In this document: one piece after another, positions 18,768 through 30,047 of the stretch
Position numbering within the stretch: the first letter of the stretch is position 1
How the letters are laid out: each line of letters opens with the position of its first letter
IMG/VR virus record: IMGVR_UViG_3300017754_002544
Span: 60,114-124,113 of that record
Direction: 5' to 3' (one strand)
Length of the DNA stretch: 64,000 bases
From: a virus
The notes under the pieces: model-generated
What the model was told of the DNA's origin: nothing
What the model saw: the letters and a program-made list of their open reading frames with translations, nothing else
Database searches by the model: none
Translations under genes and position numbers: made by a program

Positions 18768-19219
18768 ACTAATCATTTATTGAAAGTCCTGCATCATTTA
18801 AGAATTCTCTTATAGTTTCTCTTATTGATTCATAAACTTCGTATTCATTTTCTTTTAGTTCTTCATACTTCATTTTGGATCTACAATGCTGGTCCAAGTC
18901 CCATAAGATATACTTATACTTGTGACCATTTATCGCATCTCTGATGTCCTCTGCTTCTTCTATAGAATCAAATTCTAATATAACTTTTCCCATACTTCAT
19001 CTATATTATAAGTTTCATTTGGATATTCTTCTTTTACGAATGAATCAACCTCTGTAGAATCGTCAAGATAATAATCATCTGGCTCAGATAAGAATTGTTT
19101 TAAAGCTAAACATATCGCTGATTGTAAGTCTTCAGCCTCAACTTCTATTCTTTTATAAGATTCCCATCTAATAGGAATACTATATGTTTTATTCACTTTT
19201 CCCATAACTTATTATTTAT

Positions 19220-20077
19220 TTATACTTTTAGGTTTTTAAATATGTGAGCAATAACATCAACAGTCCATCCATCACCTAGCAAACAAGCAGCATCATTTCT
19301 AGATAGAAGTTTAGTGTAACCATTAGGTACATTCTGTGCCCTCTCCATTTCATTTTGATTCATGTATCTTACATCACCTTCTTCAGCTAACTCATAGTTA
19401 TCTTTAAGTCTATTGTAAGTCTCTTCATCTTTAAATATAACTTGCCAAAATCCGTATTTGAAATATCTTCTAGCAATTTTTATTGGATTCTTTAGAGGTC
19501 TCGAATAAGATTCTAATAAGCACATACCCTTATCTCTATCAACATAACCCTCATCAAGAATATCTCTTAGATTAATTCCTTTATCTTGAGGTAAGTCTTC
19601 TATTGGAATATTAGTCCAATAAAATCTATCTCTCAATACACCACTAACCAAAGAACTATTTATTCTAATAGGCTGAACACCAAGCTCTTCGCTAATTAAA
19701 TCTTGCCATTCTTTTTTCATTCTAACATTTTCCAATAAGAAATACTTAGGCTTAAGTTCTTTAAGTAATCTTACATATTCCCAAAACAATCCTGACTTCT
19801 CACCATCAGCACCCTTCTGAACTCTATTAGCCCGGCTAAAGTCTTGACAAGGAGAACCTCCAATAAGTAAATCAATCTTAGGCAAATTATTTGCAGATAA
19901 TTTCGTAACGTCACCCACCTGGTGTGTATTAGGAAAGTTAGATTGAGTAACTGCCATAGCGTGTGGTTTTATTTCACTAGCAAAGTAGTTCTCATAGTTT
20001 ATACCCAATTTGTTGAGGGCGATTTGTCCGCAACTCATACCATCGAACAAACTTAATACATTTTTAATTTGATTCAT
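19220..20077 (-). CDS. DNA cytosine-C5 methyltransferase
   Basis: LSLFDG, GGSPCQ, LLENV, R.RFYW, LGDGW. Confidence 0.92.
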   Translation of the reverse strand: MNQIKNVLSLFDGMSCGQIALNKLGINYENYFASEIKPHAMAVTQSNFPNTHQVGDVTKLSANNLPKIDLLIGGSPCQDFSRANRVQKGADGEKSGLFWEYVRLLKELKPKYFLLENVRMKKEWQDLISEELGVQPIRINSSLVSGVLRDRFYWTNIPIEDLPQDKGINLRDILDEGYVDRDKGMCLLESYSRPLKNPIKIARRYFKYGFWQVIFKDEETYNRLKDNYELAEEGDVRYMNQNEMERAQNVPNGYTKLLSRNDAACLLGDGWTVDVIAHIFKNLKV

Positions 20078-20083
20078 AACTTT

Positions 20084-20974
20084 TTATTTTAAATTTTTAA
20101 ATATGTGTACTAGAACATCAACTGTCCAACCATTACCTAGCATTCTTTTTCTTTGAGACTCTGAGACACCCTTTGTATAATTGTAAGGAACTGTTTGAAG
20201 TCTTTCGTACTCTATTATATTAAGCTCTCTTAAGTCACCATCTACAACTACACCATAGTTACAAGCAGTGTTTAGAGTATTTGATTTACCTACTGATACT
20301 CTGCCTCTTCTTGTATTACTGTTAGGAACTTCTAAGTTAACACAATCTCCATCATTAGCTATTAAGTATCCAAGCTTTGTAGCATTCTTAATCTTGAAAG
20401 ACTTGCCAAGCTTTTCAATAACAACTGGATGGTCATTGAGTATATGTTCAGTTCCTTGAGGACACAAGATATCTAATATAGTAACTCCTTTATCATTTAT
20501 GTTTTTATCGAAAGGTATATTAGTCCAATACAATCTTTGTCTTTTTTGTGCTGAAAAATATTTGCTATCAATCATTATAGGTTCAACACCTAAAGCTTTT
20601 GTGATAATGTCTTCCCACTCTTTCTTCATAACAACATTCTCAAGTAAGAAGTACTTGGGCTTAACTTCATTAAGAACTCTTACGTATTCCCAAAACAATT
20701 TACTCTTGCCATCGAATCCTGAACCATCTCCTGATCGACTAAAGGATTGACAAGGACTGCCACCAATTAGTAAATCAATTTTATCCTCACCAAAATTACC
20801 ACCTTTAACATCTAGTACTGAACCAATATGTATTGTATTTGGATAATTCTTTTGAGCAATTTGAATTGCCCATTTATCTATCTCTGATGCATAGTAGTCA
20901 TCTACTTTAACACCTGCCTTGTTGAGGGCGATTTGTCCACATGACATTCCGTCAAATAAGCTTAGTACATTCAT
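20084..20974 (-). CDS. DNA cytosine-C5 methyltransferase
   Basis: LSLFDG, GGSPCQ, LLENV, QKRQR, LGNGW. Confidence 0.92.
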   Translation of the reverse strand: MNVLSLFDGMSCGQIALNKAGVKVDDYYASEIDKWAIQIAQKNYPNTIHIGSVLDVKGGNFGEDKIDLLIGGSPCQSFSRSGDGSGFDGKSKLFWEYVRVLNEVKPKYFLLENVVMKKEWEDIITKALGVEPIMIDSKYFSAQKRQRLYWTNIPFDKNINDKGVTILDILCPQGTEHILNDHPVVIEKLGKSFKIKNATKLGYLIANDGDCVNLEVPNSNTRRGRVSVGKSNTLNTACNYGVVVDGDLRELNIIEYERLQTVPYNYTKGVSESQRKRMLGNGWTVDVLVHIFKNLK

Positions 20975-22270
20975 ATTTTAATTTTATTTATAAAGATAAG
21001 TAATCTATTTCAATCATTTGTATATATTCCCATGAAAATCTTTCTTTCAATGCTGCAAGTAGTTCGTCATTGTCATATTCATCTAAACCATCACGTTCTC
21101 TTTGCAATATTTCGCTGATAGCTTCTCGTATTTGATTATCATCTAGAGTAGTTATTAAAAAGAAATCTTCTTCCTCGTATGCTGTTGTGTTAATTCTTAC
21201 TGTTCTCATGCTTATTATTTTTGTTATACCATTCAATGAATTGACATACAACGTAGTGCATATCTTCCAATTTAATAGAAATTGGTCTATCTATCACGGT
21301 TTCAATATCACGTGTATCTAATTCAACTCCATCCATACTATATATCTTATCAACAATAGACATCAACCAATCCCATGAGGTGTGGTATTTTAATTCGTGT
21401 GCACAAAAGAATTCAACCTGAATGTCATTTAATTTTTCAGGATTTTGAAATTCAATTGCATACACAAATTCTCCGTTCTCAGTTTGTTCTTCTTCATGCC
21501 CCATGAACTCTGCAATCATTCGATTTTTTTCTTCTATTGTTGTCATGATTATTTTAATTAAAATTCATATTCATTTCCATCTGCATCGTAGTAGCAGTCA
21601 TAGTTATCTTTATTGATTTCTTCATCCCATTCAGTGTAGTAAAACTCATCCAATTCGTATGCTTCTTTCAATATGAATTCATCAGACAAATGATCCATAC
21701 CACCTCTGTTTCTAAGATATTCAACTAAATGTTTTTTTTCGCTGAAATATATCTCTCCATCATTTACTACGTATCCTGCGTTAATACCTCTGCCAGTAGC
21801 ATCACAGACTCTTGCAAACTTTTCCATAGCTATTTAATCTTTTAAAGTTAAACCATCATCTTGTGCAACCATATCAATTGCAAACCATATTTGCTCCATT
21901 GTTGCACCATTAGTCAGAGCTTCATTGATGATACTCTGTGCTTGATCATCGTCATCGCAATTGTATCTATCTTTAACATCATCTATGTGCCATAGATTAT
22001 CTACGAAGTAACCTGCCTTTCTTAATACTTCCTTTGCTTTCTGTATCTCGTTCATGTTATTGGTATAAAGATTTATAATCAGTTACAAAGTTTATAAGCT
22101 CTTGACTATCACCCTCACTGTGACTGTCAATCATCTCACTATCCGTTACTATTTTAGAATAGATTATATACTTATCGTTTTCTTCTACTTCTACTGAAAC
22201 AAACCAAGATCCAAATCCTTGTTTCTTTACATTAATGTGATATACATTCATATTATTTATTTTTATTAAT

Positions 22271-22939
22271 TTACACTTCCTCTTTTAATTTTTCCATCAC
22301 TTCTTCACAAGGTACTTTTTCATTAGTCCAATAGTCATAGAACTCTGTGATATATCCATCTAAAATATCTTGTTCTATCTCGTAACTATCTTTATGTTCA
22401 TACAAATATTCATGGATACCTCCACAATATTCATTCGACTTAAATAGTTTTGCATCGGTATATCCACCACGAGCATCAGCACCATTGTGTATTTGTACTA
22501 TGAAATAGCTATCTCCATCAATTTCAATAGAACTATATTGTAGTATCTGAGATAAGTCTGAGTCGTAGTTGTAAGTATTTGTAACATACTTAACTTCAAC
22601 TGAATAGTTTTCTATTAGATAATTCCAAGCTTCTGAACTAACACCATATACCTTATCATCATCAGCATCCCAATTGTCAGGATTAGTATTAAGTTTATTG
22701 AACTCTTCACATATACTATCTAAGTCTAATCCACATAGGTAATGATATACACTAACTGTTCTATAAATATATCCGGTTTTTCTATCAAAGGAATAAGATT
22801 CTTCATCCTCGTTTTCAAAATCATCGATAGATTTTGTAGCATTTCTTTGCCACATTCTACCATCAGTACCACCTGAATCTAAGAAGTGAACTCCTGTATT
22901 TTCAGTAAGCATACTATAAACTATATCTTTTACTCTCAT
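22271..22939 (-). CDS. acidic early hypothetical protein
   Basis: 222-aa ORF. Confidence 0.65.
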   Translation of the reverse strand: MRVKDIVYSMLTENTGVHFLDSGGTDGRMWQRNATKSIDDFENEDEESYSFDRKTGYIYRTVSVYHYLCGLDLDSICEEFNKLNTNPDNWDADDDKVYGVSSEAWNYLIENYSVEVKYVTNTYNYDSDLSQILQYSSIEIDGDSYFIVQIHNGADARGGYTDAKLFKSNEYCGGIHEYLYEHKDSYEIEQDILDGYITEFYDYWTNEKVPCEEVMEKLKEEV

Positions 22940-23123
22940 TCTATTTTTATTTTAGTCATTTTCTATATTAAACTTATTGCATAAAATTTCTCTAATCACA
23001 TCTTGTGCATCGAACTCTGTTGGGTCATCTGTATCTGTACAATCTTTTATTATACCTTCTTCAACCATTTTCCCAACGATAATAATTGACAAATCTTTAA
23101 TGTCATCTAATGTTTTAATTGTG

Positions 23124-23225
23124 CTCATTCTATTCTGATTTAAAGGTTTATAAATTCTATAACTACCAATGGTTGTTCTTCATTCTCTGATTTTAGTCTC
23201 ATATTTATTCTGATTTAAAGGTTTC
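23124..23225. repeat. 102-bp exact duplication (copy 2), containing two junction repeats
   Basis: identical to 11747-11848. Confidence 0.9.
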
Positions 23226-23426
23226 GTTGTAGTATTGTTCAGGATTTTTTAACCTGCCTTTATATGGGTGGATACATTCTAATTCATAGTTATCTGCAAA
23301 ATCTATCATCTGCTCTTTCTCCATTTCTTTGGCTTGTTTAATCCATATATTAGGTATATGCACTGAATCTTTAGTCAATATTTCAATCAACCATTCTACT
23401 GCTGTCTGTTTTTCCATTCTTTCCAT
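23205..23426 (-). CDS. KQTAVEWL family paralog 4
   Basis: MERMEKQTAVEWL...EQYYNETFKSE. Confidence 0.75.
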   Translation of the reverse strand: MERMEKQTAVEWLIEILTKDSVHIPNIWIKQAKEMEKEQMIDFADNYELECIHPYKGRLKNPEQYYNETFKSE

Positions 23427-23427
23427 A

Positions 23428-23706
23428 TTATTTAATTTTATATAGTGAGTAACTGTTTATGATTGATTCTTTATTAACACCTGCGGTTACTTTACTACTA
23501 GTCCATTCACCATTAGTACGTACAAAAGCTTCACCTTTTTCACTTGCTGCTTTCAATGCAGCTTCTACATGGATCTTAGCAAATTCAATTGCTTTATCAT
23601 AAGAACAAACAGGGGTAAATTCACCTTCTTTATTCTTTACAGAATAAGCTGTATATAAACCATTATCTAACTCAAAAAACTCTTCTGCTGTTGGTATTTT
23701 TTCCAT
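23428..23706 (-). CDS. small cassette protein MEKIPTAEEF
   Basis: starts at the junction-repeat ATG (23704). Confidence 0.6.
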   Translation of the reverse strand: MEKIPTAEEFFELDNGLYTAYSVKNKEGEFTPVCSYDKAIEFAKIHVEAALKAASEKGEAFVRTNGEWTSSKVTAGVNKESIINSYSLYKIK

Positions 23707-23707
23707 T

Positions 23708-24091
23708 CTATTCTGATTTAAAAAGTTTTCTACCAATTGTAACTAATGAATCGTATTCTATTTTATCAACATTATTATTGTCAGTATCCATCCAATTAGG
23801 AGATACTTTTGGATTATATGTTAGCCTATTTTTATCTAAGTTATGACTACCACCACCAATGCATATGTCTACTTTTTGAGACATTATCCAAGCACATACA
23901 GTTTTTGTACCCCCATCATATATCTTTTTAGCTGAACCTTTTTGATTATATAGTTTACAATTAGTTAATTTTAATTCATAATCTTCAGGATCAAAAAACT
24001 TAACATCTTTTGTTTCAGTATTTTCAACCCTCCATTTCATAAAGTTTTCTCCTCTTCCTAAATGAAATCTAGTTTTGAATATCCTTTTCAT
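23708..24091 (-). CDS. hypothetical protein ending LFKSE
   Basis: sequence unrelated to the paralog family but ends in the junction repeat. Confidence 0.65.
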   Translation of the reverse strand: MKRIFKTRFHLGRGENFMKWRVENTETKDVKFFDPEDYELKLTNCKLYNQKGSAKKIYDGGTKTVCAWIMSQKVDICIGGGSHNLDKNRLTYNPKVSPNWMDTDNNNVDKIEYDSLVTIGRKLFKSE

Positions 24092-24369
24092 ATAACATGA
24101 TACCTTTCACCATTAACAGAAAACTTAGTTACCTCTAATAGATTAATCATTCTATGCTCATTTTTATCCATATCAAATACAGTCAGTAATCCTTTACCTA
24201 AAGGTCTATAAGACATACCATTTCCATTAACTCCTTTCTTTACGTTTCTACGAGCAGTCATCCTTCTGAATGTACCATCTTTCTTTTTAAACTCTACAAA
24301 GAAAATTTTACCATTACCTACTGAATCAATTAATTTAAATCCAGCTAAATCTTTACTGATTGTTTTCAT
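24088..24369 (-). CDS. SH3/WYL-like beta-barrel phage protein
   Basis: V.F.KKDGT.R.M...VFDMDK.E.R pattern. Confidence 0.55.
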   Translation of the reverse strand: MKTISKDLAGFKLIDSVGNGKIFFVEFKKKDGTFRRMTARRNVKKGVNGNGMSYRPLGKGLLTVFDMDKNEHRMINLLEVTKFSVNGERYHVI

Positions 24370-24595
24370 AATTAAACGATTTTGATGATAGTGCTAAACG
24401 CAACATATCTGTTAAACAATTCCATATACAATTAATATTGAATGATGACCGTGTGAACAAACACCATCAGGCTCTACCTCACATCCTTCACTACAACAAG
24501 CAGGAACAATAGAATCAAAGCAATAAGATTCAATCATATCAACTACTGAATCGTATCCATACTCTTCAGCAACTTCTTCTAAACTAATTTTCATT

Positions 24596-24823
24596 CTACT
24601 TCTTTTTAAATTGTTCAAACCATTTATTCCAATCTTTATCAAAATCTCCAATATTAGTTGCTGAAAATGGTGTGTAGTTTACTTTAAACGCTTTTTTTAA
24701 ATCTTCCTCACTATACATTCTTTCAGCTTGCCATTTAGCACCTGCCATAAAACTTTCTCTTCTAGTTCCAATAACAGGTTGTGTTACCCAATTATTAGCA
24801 GCTTTTTCTAATTCTTTATCCAT
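24596..24823 (-). CDS. MDKE.E.AA...AGAKW family small protein
   Basis: paralog of 12428..12583. Confidence 0.6.
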   Translation of the reverse strand: MDKELEKAANNWVTQPVIGTRRESFMAGAKWQAERMYSEEDLKKAFKVNYTPFSATNIGDFDKDWNKWFEQFKKK

Positions 24824-24824
24824 A

Positions 24825-25520
24825 TCAATGTTCTAAAATATATATACTCTTATTACCCTTACCATCAGCACCACTACACAAACCACATTTGTCGCATGAA
24901 GCCTTTCTACCGCCTTCCTCAGATGCAGGACAATTAACATAGTTACTAACATGGTCACCAATCGTAATGAACGACCTCCAACCTTTATCTCTAGCTATTT
25001 GTTCTATCTTTGGAGAATGTACTGAAGCCATAAACATACCTTTGAACTGAGGATGTTTCAACCATTGATGCGTATATCCGGTCCATGACTTTGCTACATT
25101 TGTTACATCAGTAGTTAGGTTGATACCATGGAGAACTGGCTCCCCATATGTACCAAACCTAACATACTTATTAACACACATATTCACAACCTTGTTATGA
25201 ATTTCTTCTGAGTAATTAGGAATTACATCATATTCTTTTGCAATAGACCTCAGCATAGATAAGAAACCTCTAGCTTGAGTAAACTTATGCGTATAACATT
25301 TACCATATGAACGCATAGGACAATCAATACAATTACTATTGGCAAGATCAAAGAATTCTTTAAGACTTCCACCACCATTACTTACATACTCGTATTGTTG
25401 CATAGAGAACGCATACGTTTGTACTATGTTTTCTTTTGGGTCACTACATATCTTTTTATTGGTTGTTGTACCCAATCTAAATATGTGAATGTTATCTTCT
25501 ATTTTAAATACTAATCTCAT
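24825..25520 (-). CDS. Cys-rich (probably Fe-S/metal-binding) phage protein
   Basis: CIDCP...CY, VRFG.YGEP, WTGYTHQW, CPAS...CDKCGLC. Confidence 0.55.
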   Translation of the reverse strand: MRLVFKIEDNIHIFRLGTTTNKKICSDPKENIVQTYAFSMQQYEYVSNGGGSLKEFFDLANSNCIDCPMRSYGKCYTHKFTQARGFLSMLRSIAKEYDVIPNYSEEIHNKVVNMCVNKYVRFGTYGEPVLHGINLTTDVTNVAKSWTGYTHQWLKHPQFKGMFMASVHSPKIEQIARDKGWRSFITIGDHVSNYVNCPASEEGGRKASCDKCGLCSGADGKGNKSIYILEH

Positions 25521-26060
25521 AACCTTTTATTGATTACACCAAAAATCTTCTTTAACAAAAAATGTATCTTGATAATGTGCTTGTATTAAGTCCATAGGTA
25601 TTTCCTCTTCTGAATTAATTTCTTTACCCATAACTTCATCTAACGAACCATCATCTAATAATTGATGATAATACCTACTTCTAAGTTCTTCTAATTCGTT
25701 TTGGTTCAATTCGCCTACGCTCTTATACATAACTATTTATTTTAATTCACAATTACTTTTTAATGGGAGAAATTTGATGACCTTTCGCCCAATGACCATT
25801 GTCAAGGTCTACAACAATTCTATCTTTTTTTGACCAATCAACTTGTGTAACTGACATACCATACTTTTCACCAGGCTTACATAACTCAATGCCCTCAACA
25901 ACAACTTCTTTTGGTGACTCGCTACCAAAACTACCTCGCCACATTACTTTATCTCCAACATTTAATACTTTTTCCAATTCTTTTACCATAATACTTTCAA
26001 TTAGACAATACAAAAATAATAATTAAATTCAATATTACAAAATTTTTGCAAAATAAATTA

Positions 26061-26420
26061 TTAATATTCGGCTTCAAAGCTACAATAACCCTGGTCCTCA
26101 ATACAATCACGTATCTTTCTACCTAATAATAGGTCAGCATACTCAGATAAATCATCTTCAGTTACATTAGCTTTAGCTAACATTTCAGATGTATATCCAC
26201 CATTATTTTGTATTAATGATTCAATAACTCCTAACTTATCTCCTAAAGATTCTTCAATGTTTTTTATTTCTTCACATACAGAATCTAAGTTATCTTCTTC
26301 AAAGTAATAATTTAGTATTGGTGGTTGTTCTCCTGTAACTCCGAATCTATCTGCAGCATCGCTTGATTGAAGACCAAACCAAAATTTACCCTCTATATCT
26401 CCATTATAATAACGTCCCAT
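26061..26420 (-). CDS. acidic early hypothetical protein
   Basis: MGRYYNGDIEGKFWFG.QSS. Confidence 0.6.
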   Translation of the reverse strand: MGRYYNGDIEGKFWFGLQSSDAADRFGVTGEQPPILNYYFEEDNLDSVCEEIKNIEESLGDKLGVIESLIQNNGGYTSEMLAKANVTEDDLSEYADLLLGRKIRDCIEDQGYCSFEAEY

Positions 26421-27424
26421 AATTTCTATTTTTTAAACAGCTATAACCCAATCAGTAACTCCCCAATTAACACTTGAAGAAACTGAATAACCTTTTTCTC
26501 TCAACCTTTGTGCAACAGTAGGCATATACATATACTCCTCTACCGACCATCCGAATGATGGTGCTTGAGAACAAGTCTCAAAGCGTGTTGTAAGATTGTT
26601 AGTCAATCTACTTTCAATTCTTTCAGTTAATGACTGAATGAACTCTTCTTTTTTCTCTTGTGGTGTCATATTACTCTTCTGTTAAATTGTTTTCATCTTC
26701 TTCTTCTTCTTCTTCTTCTAATTCTTCGCAAACATATTTGGATAATTCACTCGATACATGGTCAAATATATCGTCAACATTTATACGAACTTCTTCTATT
26801 TCAATTGTGTTACCATATCTAATTGAGAATTCACACCTATCTTTATCAACTAAATTGTCGGAGTTATAGTCTAAATACTCTTCAACTTTTTTAAGCAATT
26901 GATCAGCCATGTACTATGTAATTCCAAATTTTACTTCTGACTCTAATTGGTGAACCATTTCAATCATCGTATCAATTGAAACTACTGAAGTTAATTGTTT
27001 AGCTTCTTCTAACTTTTGAATTAAATCTTTCTTTTTCATAACTTTTATTTTACTTCTTTCAACTTATTTAAACATTCAATACAACCTACTTCTTCAATAC
27101 CCTCATAACGAGCATGATTTGAACTTAATGCTGGTGTACCACATAGGTTACCAACACCCAACTTGTATGCATGGGCAGTATTAGTCCATACATTACCCTT
27201 GTTTCCGAATATCATATATTCGTTACCCAATTCTTTAATGTTTACTCTATCCATATCATTTTAATTATAATATTCAACTTCAAAACTTAATTTTTTACAC
27301 CTTGATTCAATAGATTTTTTACTACAATTCTTAATACCTAACCATTCGGCAAGTTGTTTTTGATTGTCAAACCATCTACTATTACTATAACTTGTTTTTA
27401 ATCTTATCATAGTTATACTTTTAA

Positions 27425-27610
27425 TTACTCTTCTTCTTCTTCGTCATCCCAATCTTCAACCTCAATATACCCTTTACCCTCACATTCTTCGCATGATACT
27501 ACTGAATAGCATCCACCACAACACATTGATGCAGGCATACTACATTCTGGTCCATATTCATATGAACCCTCACCATCGCATTCTTCACAAACTACCTCTA
27601 TATACTTCAT
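27425..27610 (-). CDS. DnaJ-type Zn-finger small protein
   Basis: CxxCxGxG twice. Confidence 0.6.
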   Translation of the reverse strand: MKYIEVVCEECDGEGSYEYGPECSMPASMCCGGCYSVVSCEECEGKGYIEVEDWDDEEEEE

Positions 27611-27819
27611 AACTTTCTTAAATTATATGGTTCAGCATCTAAATAATAATCAAATGTATACCCTATTTTTTCTAAATCATCTACTAATCGAGCCAATTCA
27701 GAATAGGTATCTTCACAATCTTCGTCAAAAGAATCAAGGATTTTTTTAACTTCTTGTGGAATTAATTCCGGATAGAGAAATAAATCTTTCATGGGACAAT
27801 GATGACAGTGCTAACGACA

Positions 27820-28386
27820 CTATAATTGTGCGGTAACTGAACTCCTATCTTCACAACAAAGATAATTTAAGATGCCATTGTCCTTAATATCGTAGCCATA
27901 AAAACCCGAACAACTATCTTCTACATTGCCATCGCAATCCTCAATAGTAAAGGAGTAAACTTCACCACTAATATATTTGTCATAGGTATCAACCTCACCC
28001 AACAATACTTCATGTGCCTTATCTTTATATTCTTTAGTAACACGTTTAATTTTATACTCGTCTCTTATTGTTTGTTTAGTAACAATAACAAACCCAACTT
28101 GTCCACTATCCCATCTACAACCAAATGGTTTTGTACTAATAGTAACACCACTATGGTCATAAAGGTATAAAGGTTCTATAATTGCAACATCTTCATTTTT
28201 AATTATAGCATCTCGCATCTCGTCCCAACCATCATAATCCTGGTGGGAATACGTGTGCTTATCTCCTAAATTGTATCGTTTATGAAAGCATATAAACTTT
28301 GTCATATTATCCCAACTTCTTGGATCATCAGCCCAACCATCTTGTTCAATTCTTAATACTCTATTTCCTTCTAACTTAAATTCCAT
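27820..28386 (-). CDS. conserved early phage protein
   Basis: PLYLYDHSG...WDSGQVG motif. Confidence 0.6.
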   Translation of the reverse strand: MEFKLEGNRVLRIEQDGWADDPRSWDNMTKFICFHKRYNLGDKHTYSHQDYDGWDEMRDAIIKNEDVAIIEPLYLYDHSGVTISTKPFGCRWDSGQVGFVIVTKQTIRDEYKIKRVTKEYKDKAHEVLLGEVDTYDKYISGEVYSFTIEDCDGNVEDSCSGFYGYDIKDNGILNYLCCEDRSSVTAQL

Positions 28387-30047
28387 AATAATTATATTTT
28401 AAACGATTCGATAAGCGAAAAATACGTATCATAGAGGTCATTGAATATATCTTGTGCCTCATCTGTGTAGTGGGTAATACCTGCAGTATCATCCTCAAAA
28501 ATCTTAATAGACTCAGACCAATTTTGTACTAAGTCTTTGTGGGCTAATTCAGAAGCCAATTCTAAAATATTAATCGTTACATTTTCCATATACTAAATAT
28601 AAATAAATTCTTTCAAAAAGTATTTATAAAGTTGACTAATTTTTTTAAACCTATTGGTATACTGTGAACATTGCGTACTATATCCATCATCGAATTTAGA
28701 TACGTTGCCATCATTAATCCATTCAATAAATTGTTCTTTATACATAGCTTAGTTTTTGCCGCATAGAAACATTGATTCTAATGGTCTCCATCAAATAGAA
28801 AGTCATCATATCTAAACTCTCCACTCTCTATCCAATTATATACTTCTTCTAAGTGTACATATTCATATACACAACCATCATCTTTTAATGTATAGTATCC
28901 ATCATCTGACTTACTAACAATCCCAACAAGGGAATATACATAGAATAGTAGTATCTTCATGACTTAATTCTTTTTTCAATTGTATCAACCAACAAGGCTA
29001 AATTAATAACCAATACATAAGAAGCAAACATACCATCAACATAGAATGGCATAGTAAGTATAGCATATAAAGATATACCAATACACCCAATAGAAAGGGT
29101 TAAGATACCCAAAAGTCTTGTTTTCATTTTTTTGTAATTAAATTGTATTAATACTCTACCCTATTTTGAGGGGTCATTTTTAGCCTATTAAATCCAGGGG
29201 TTGGGGGTCTACCACCCCCTATTATTGGTGTGACTTTCCCCAAAAAAGTTTTAAACTTGTAATAAAATTGCTGCATTCTTGGAATCCTAACGACAATTTA
29301 TAGGCATATTGAACAGTATTAAATGCCCTTTCCATGGGAGACCCAATATATCTATAAATTATACCCTCGCATTCTTGGAATCCTAATTCCACAATTCAGC
29401 CCTCTTTAATTCGCAATAATTAAATTGCATTCTTAAATTCATTACGTTTTGATACAAAGCCCTCAACGCATTTTCGAATTCTTCAAGGTCTTCATCGTCC
29501 CCCATTGTTTGGAAATGTTGTATACCTAATTGCAATTGCTCCTCAGCTTCGGGCAATAATACTTTTGTATCTTGATAATATTCTTCAAGCTTTACGATTT
29601 GAGATACTATGTCCATGATTTTTTTATTTAATAAGTCCACAAGAATTTAATATAGATACTACTATTGCCATTGATACAATAAACAATACCCAATACGTTC
29701 GTTCTTTATAAGTTTTCATATGCTTCACTGTATGTACTAAAAAATTCTTCGTCCTCGTCTTCGTGGTTGTAAACAATATAGTCTACACTTTGCCCGAAAC
29801 AACTTGCAATTGATATCCCATTCTCTAAGGCAATGTATACGTACCCACTATTCGTATTGAATCCGCATTCCATTATCTCTTCACCCCATGCATTGTCTCT
29901 ATAAGCTTGTTGTACTAATATCCAACTTTCAAAATCGGATGAACCCAATTTGTCTAAGAAATTTACTTCCATTTTGTGTGTGTTTTTAGATACGTACCCC
30001 CAGGATTAGGGGCACGTTCTCTATGGTTATTTGGATCAATTGTTTTT

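Noticed and set aside
11178-23730. Classical integron attC sites or a DGR
   Set aside because: No RYYYAAC/GTTRRRY inverted cores, and no integrase or reverse transcriptase in the window; the 102-bp duplicate has no adenine-specific differences.
26694-26718. TCT trinucleotide repeat
   Set aside because: It simply encodes a poly-Glu tail of the 79-aa ORF.
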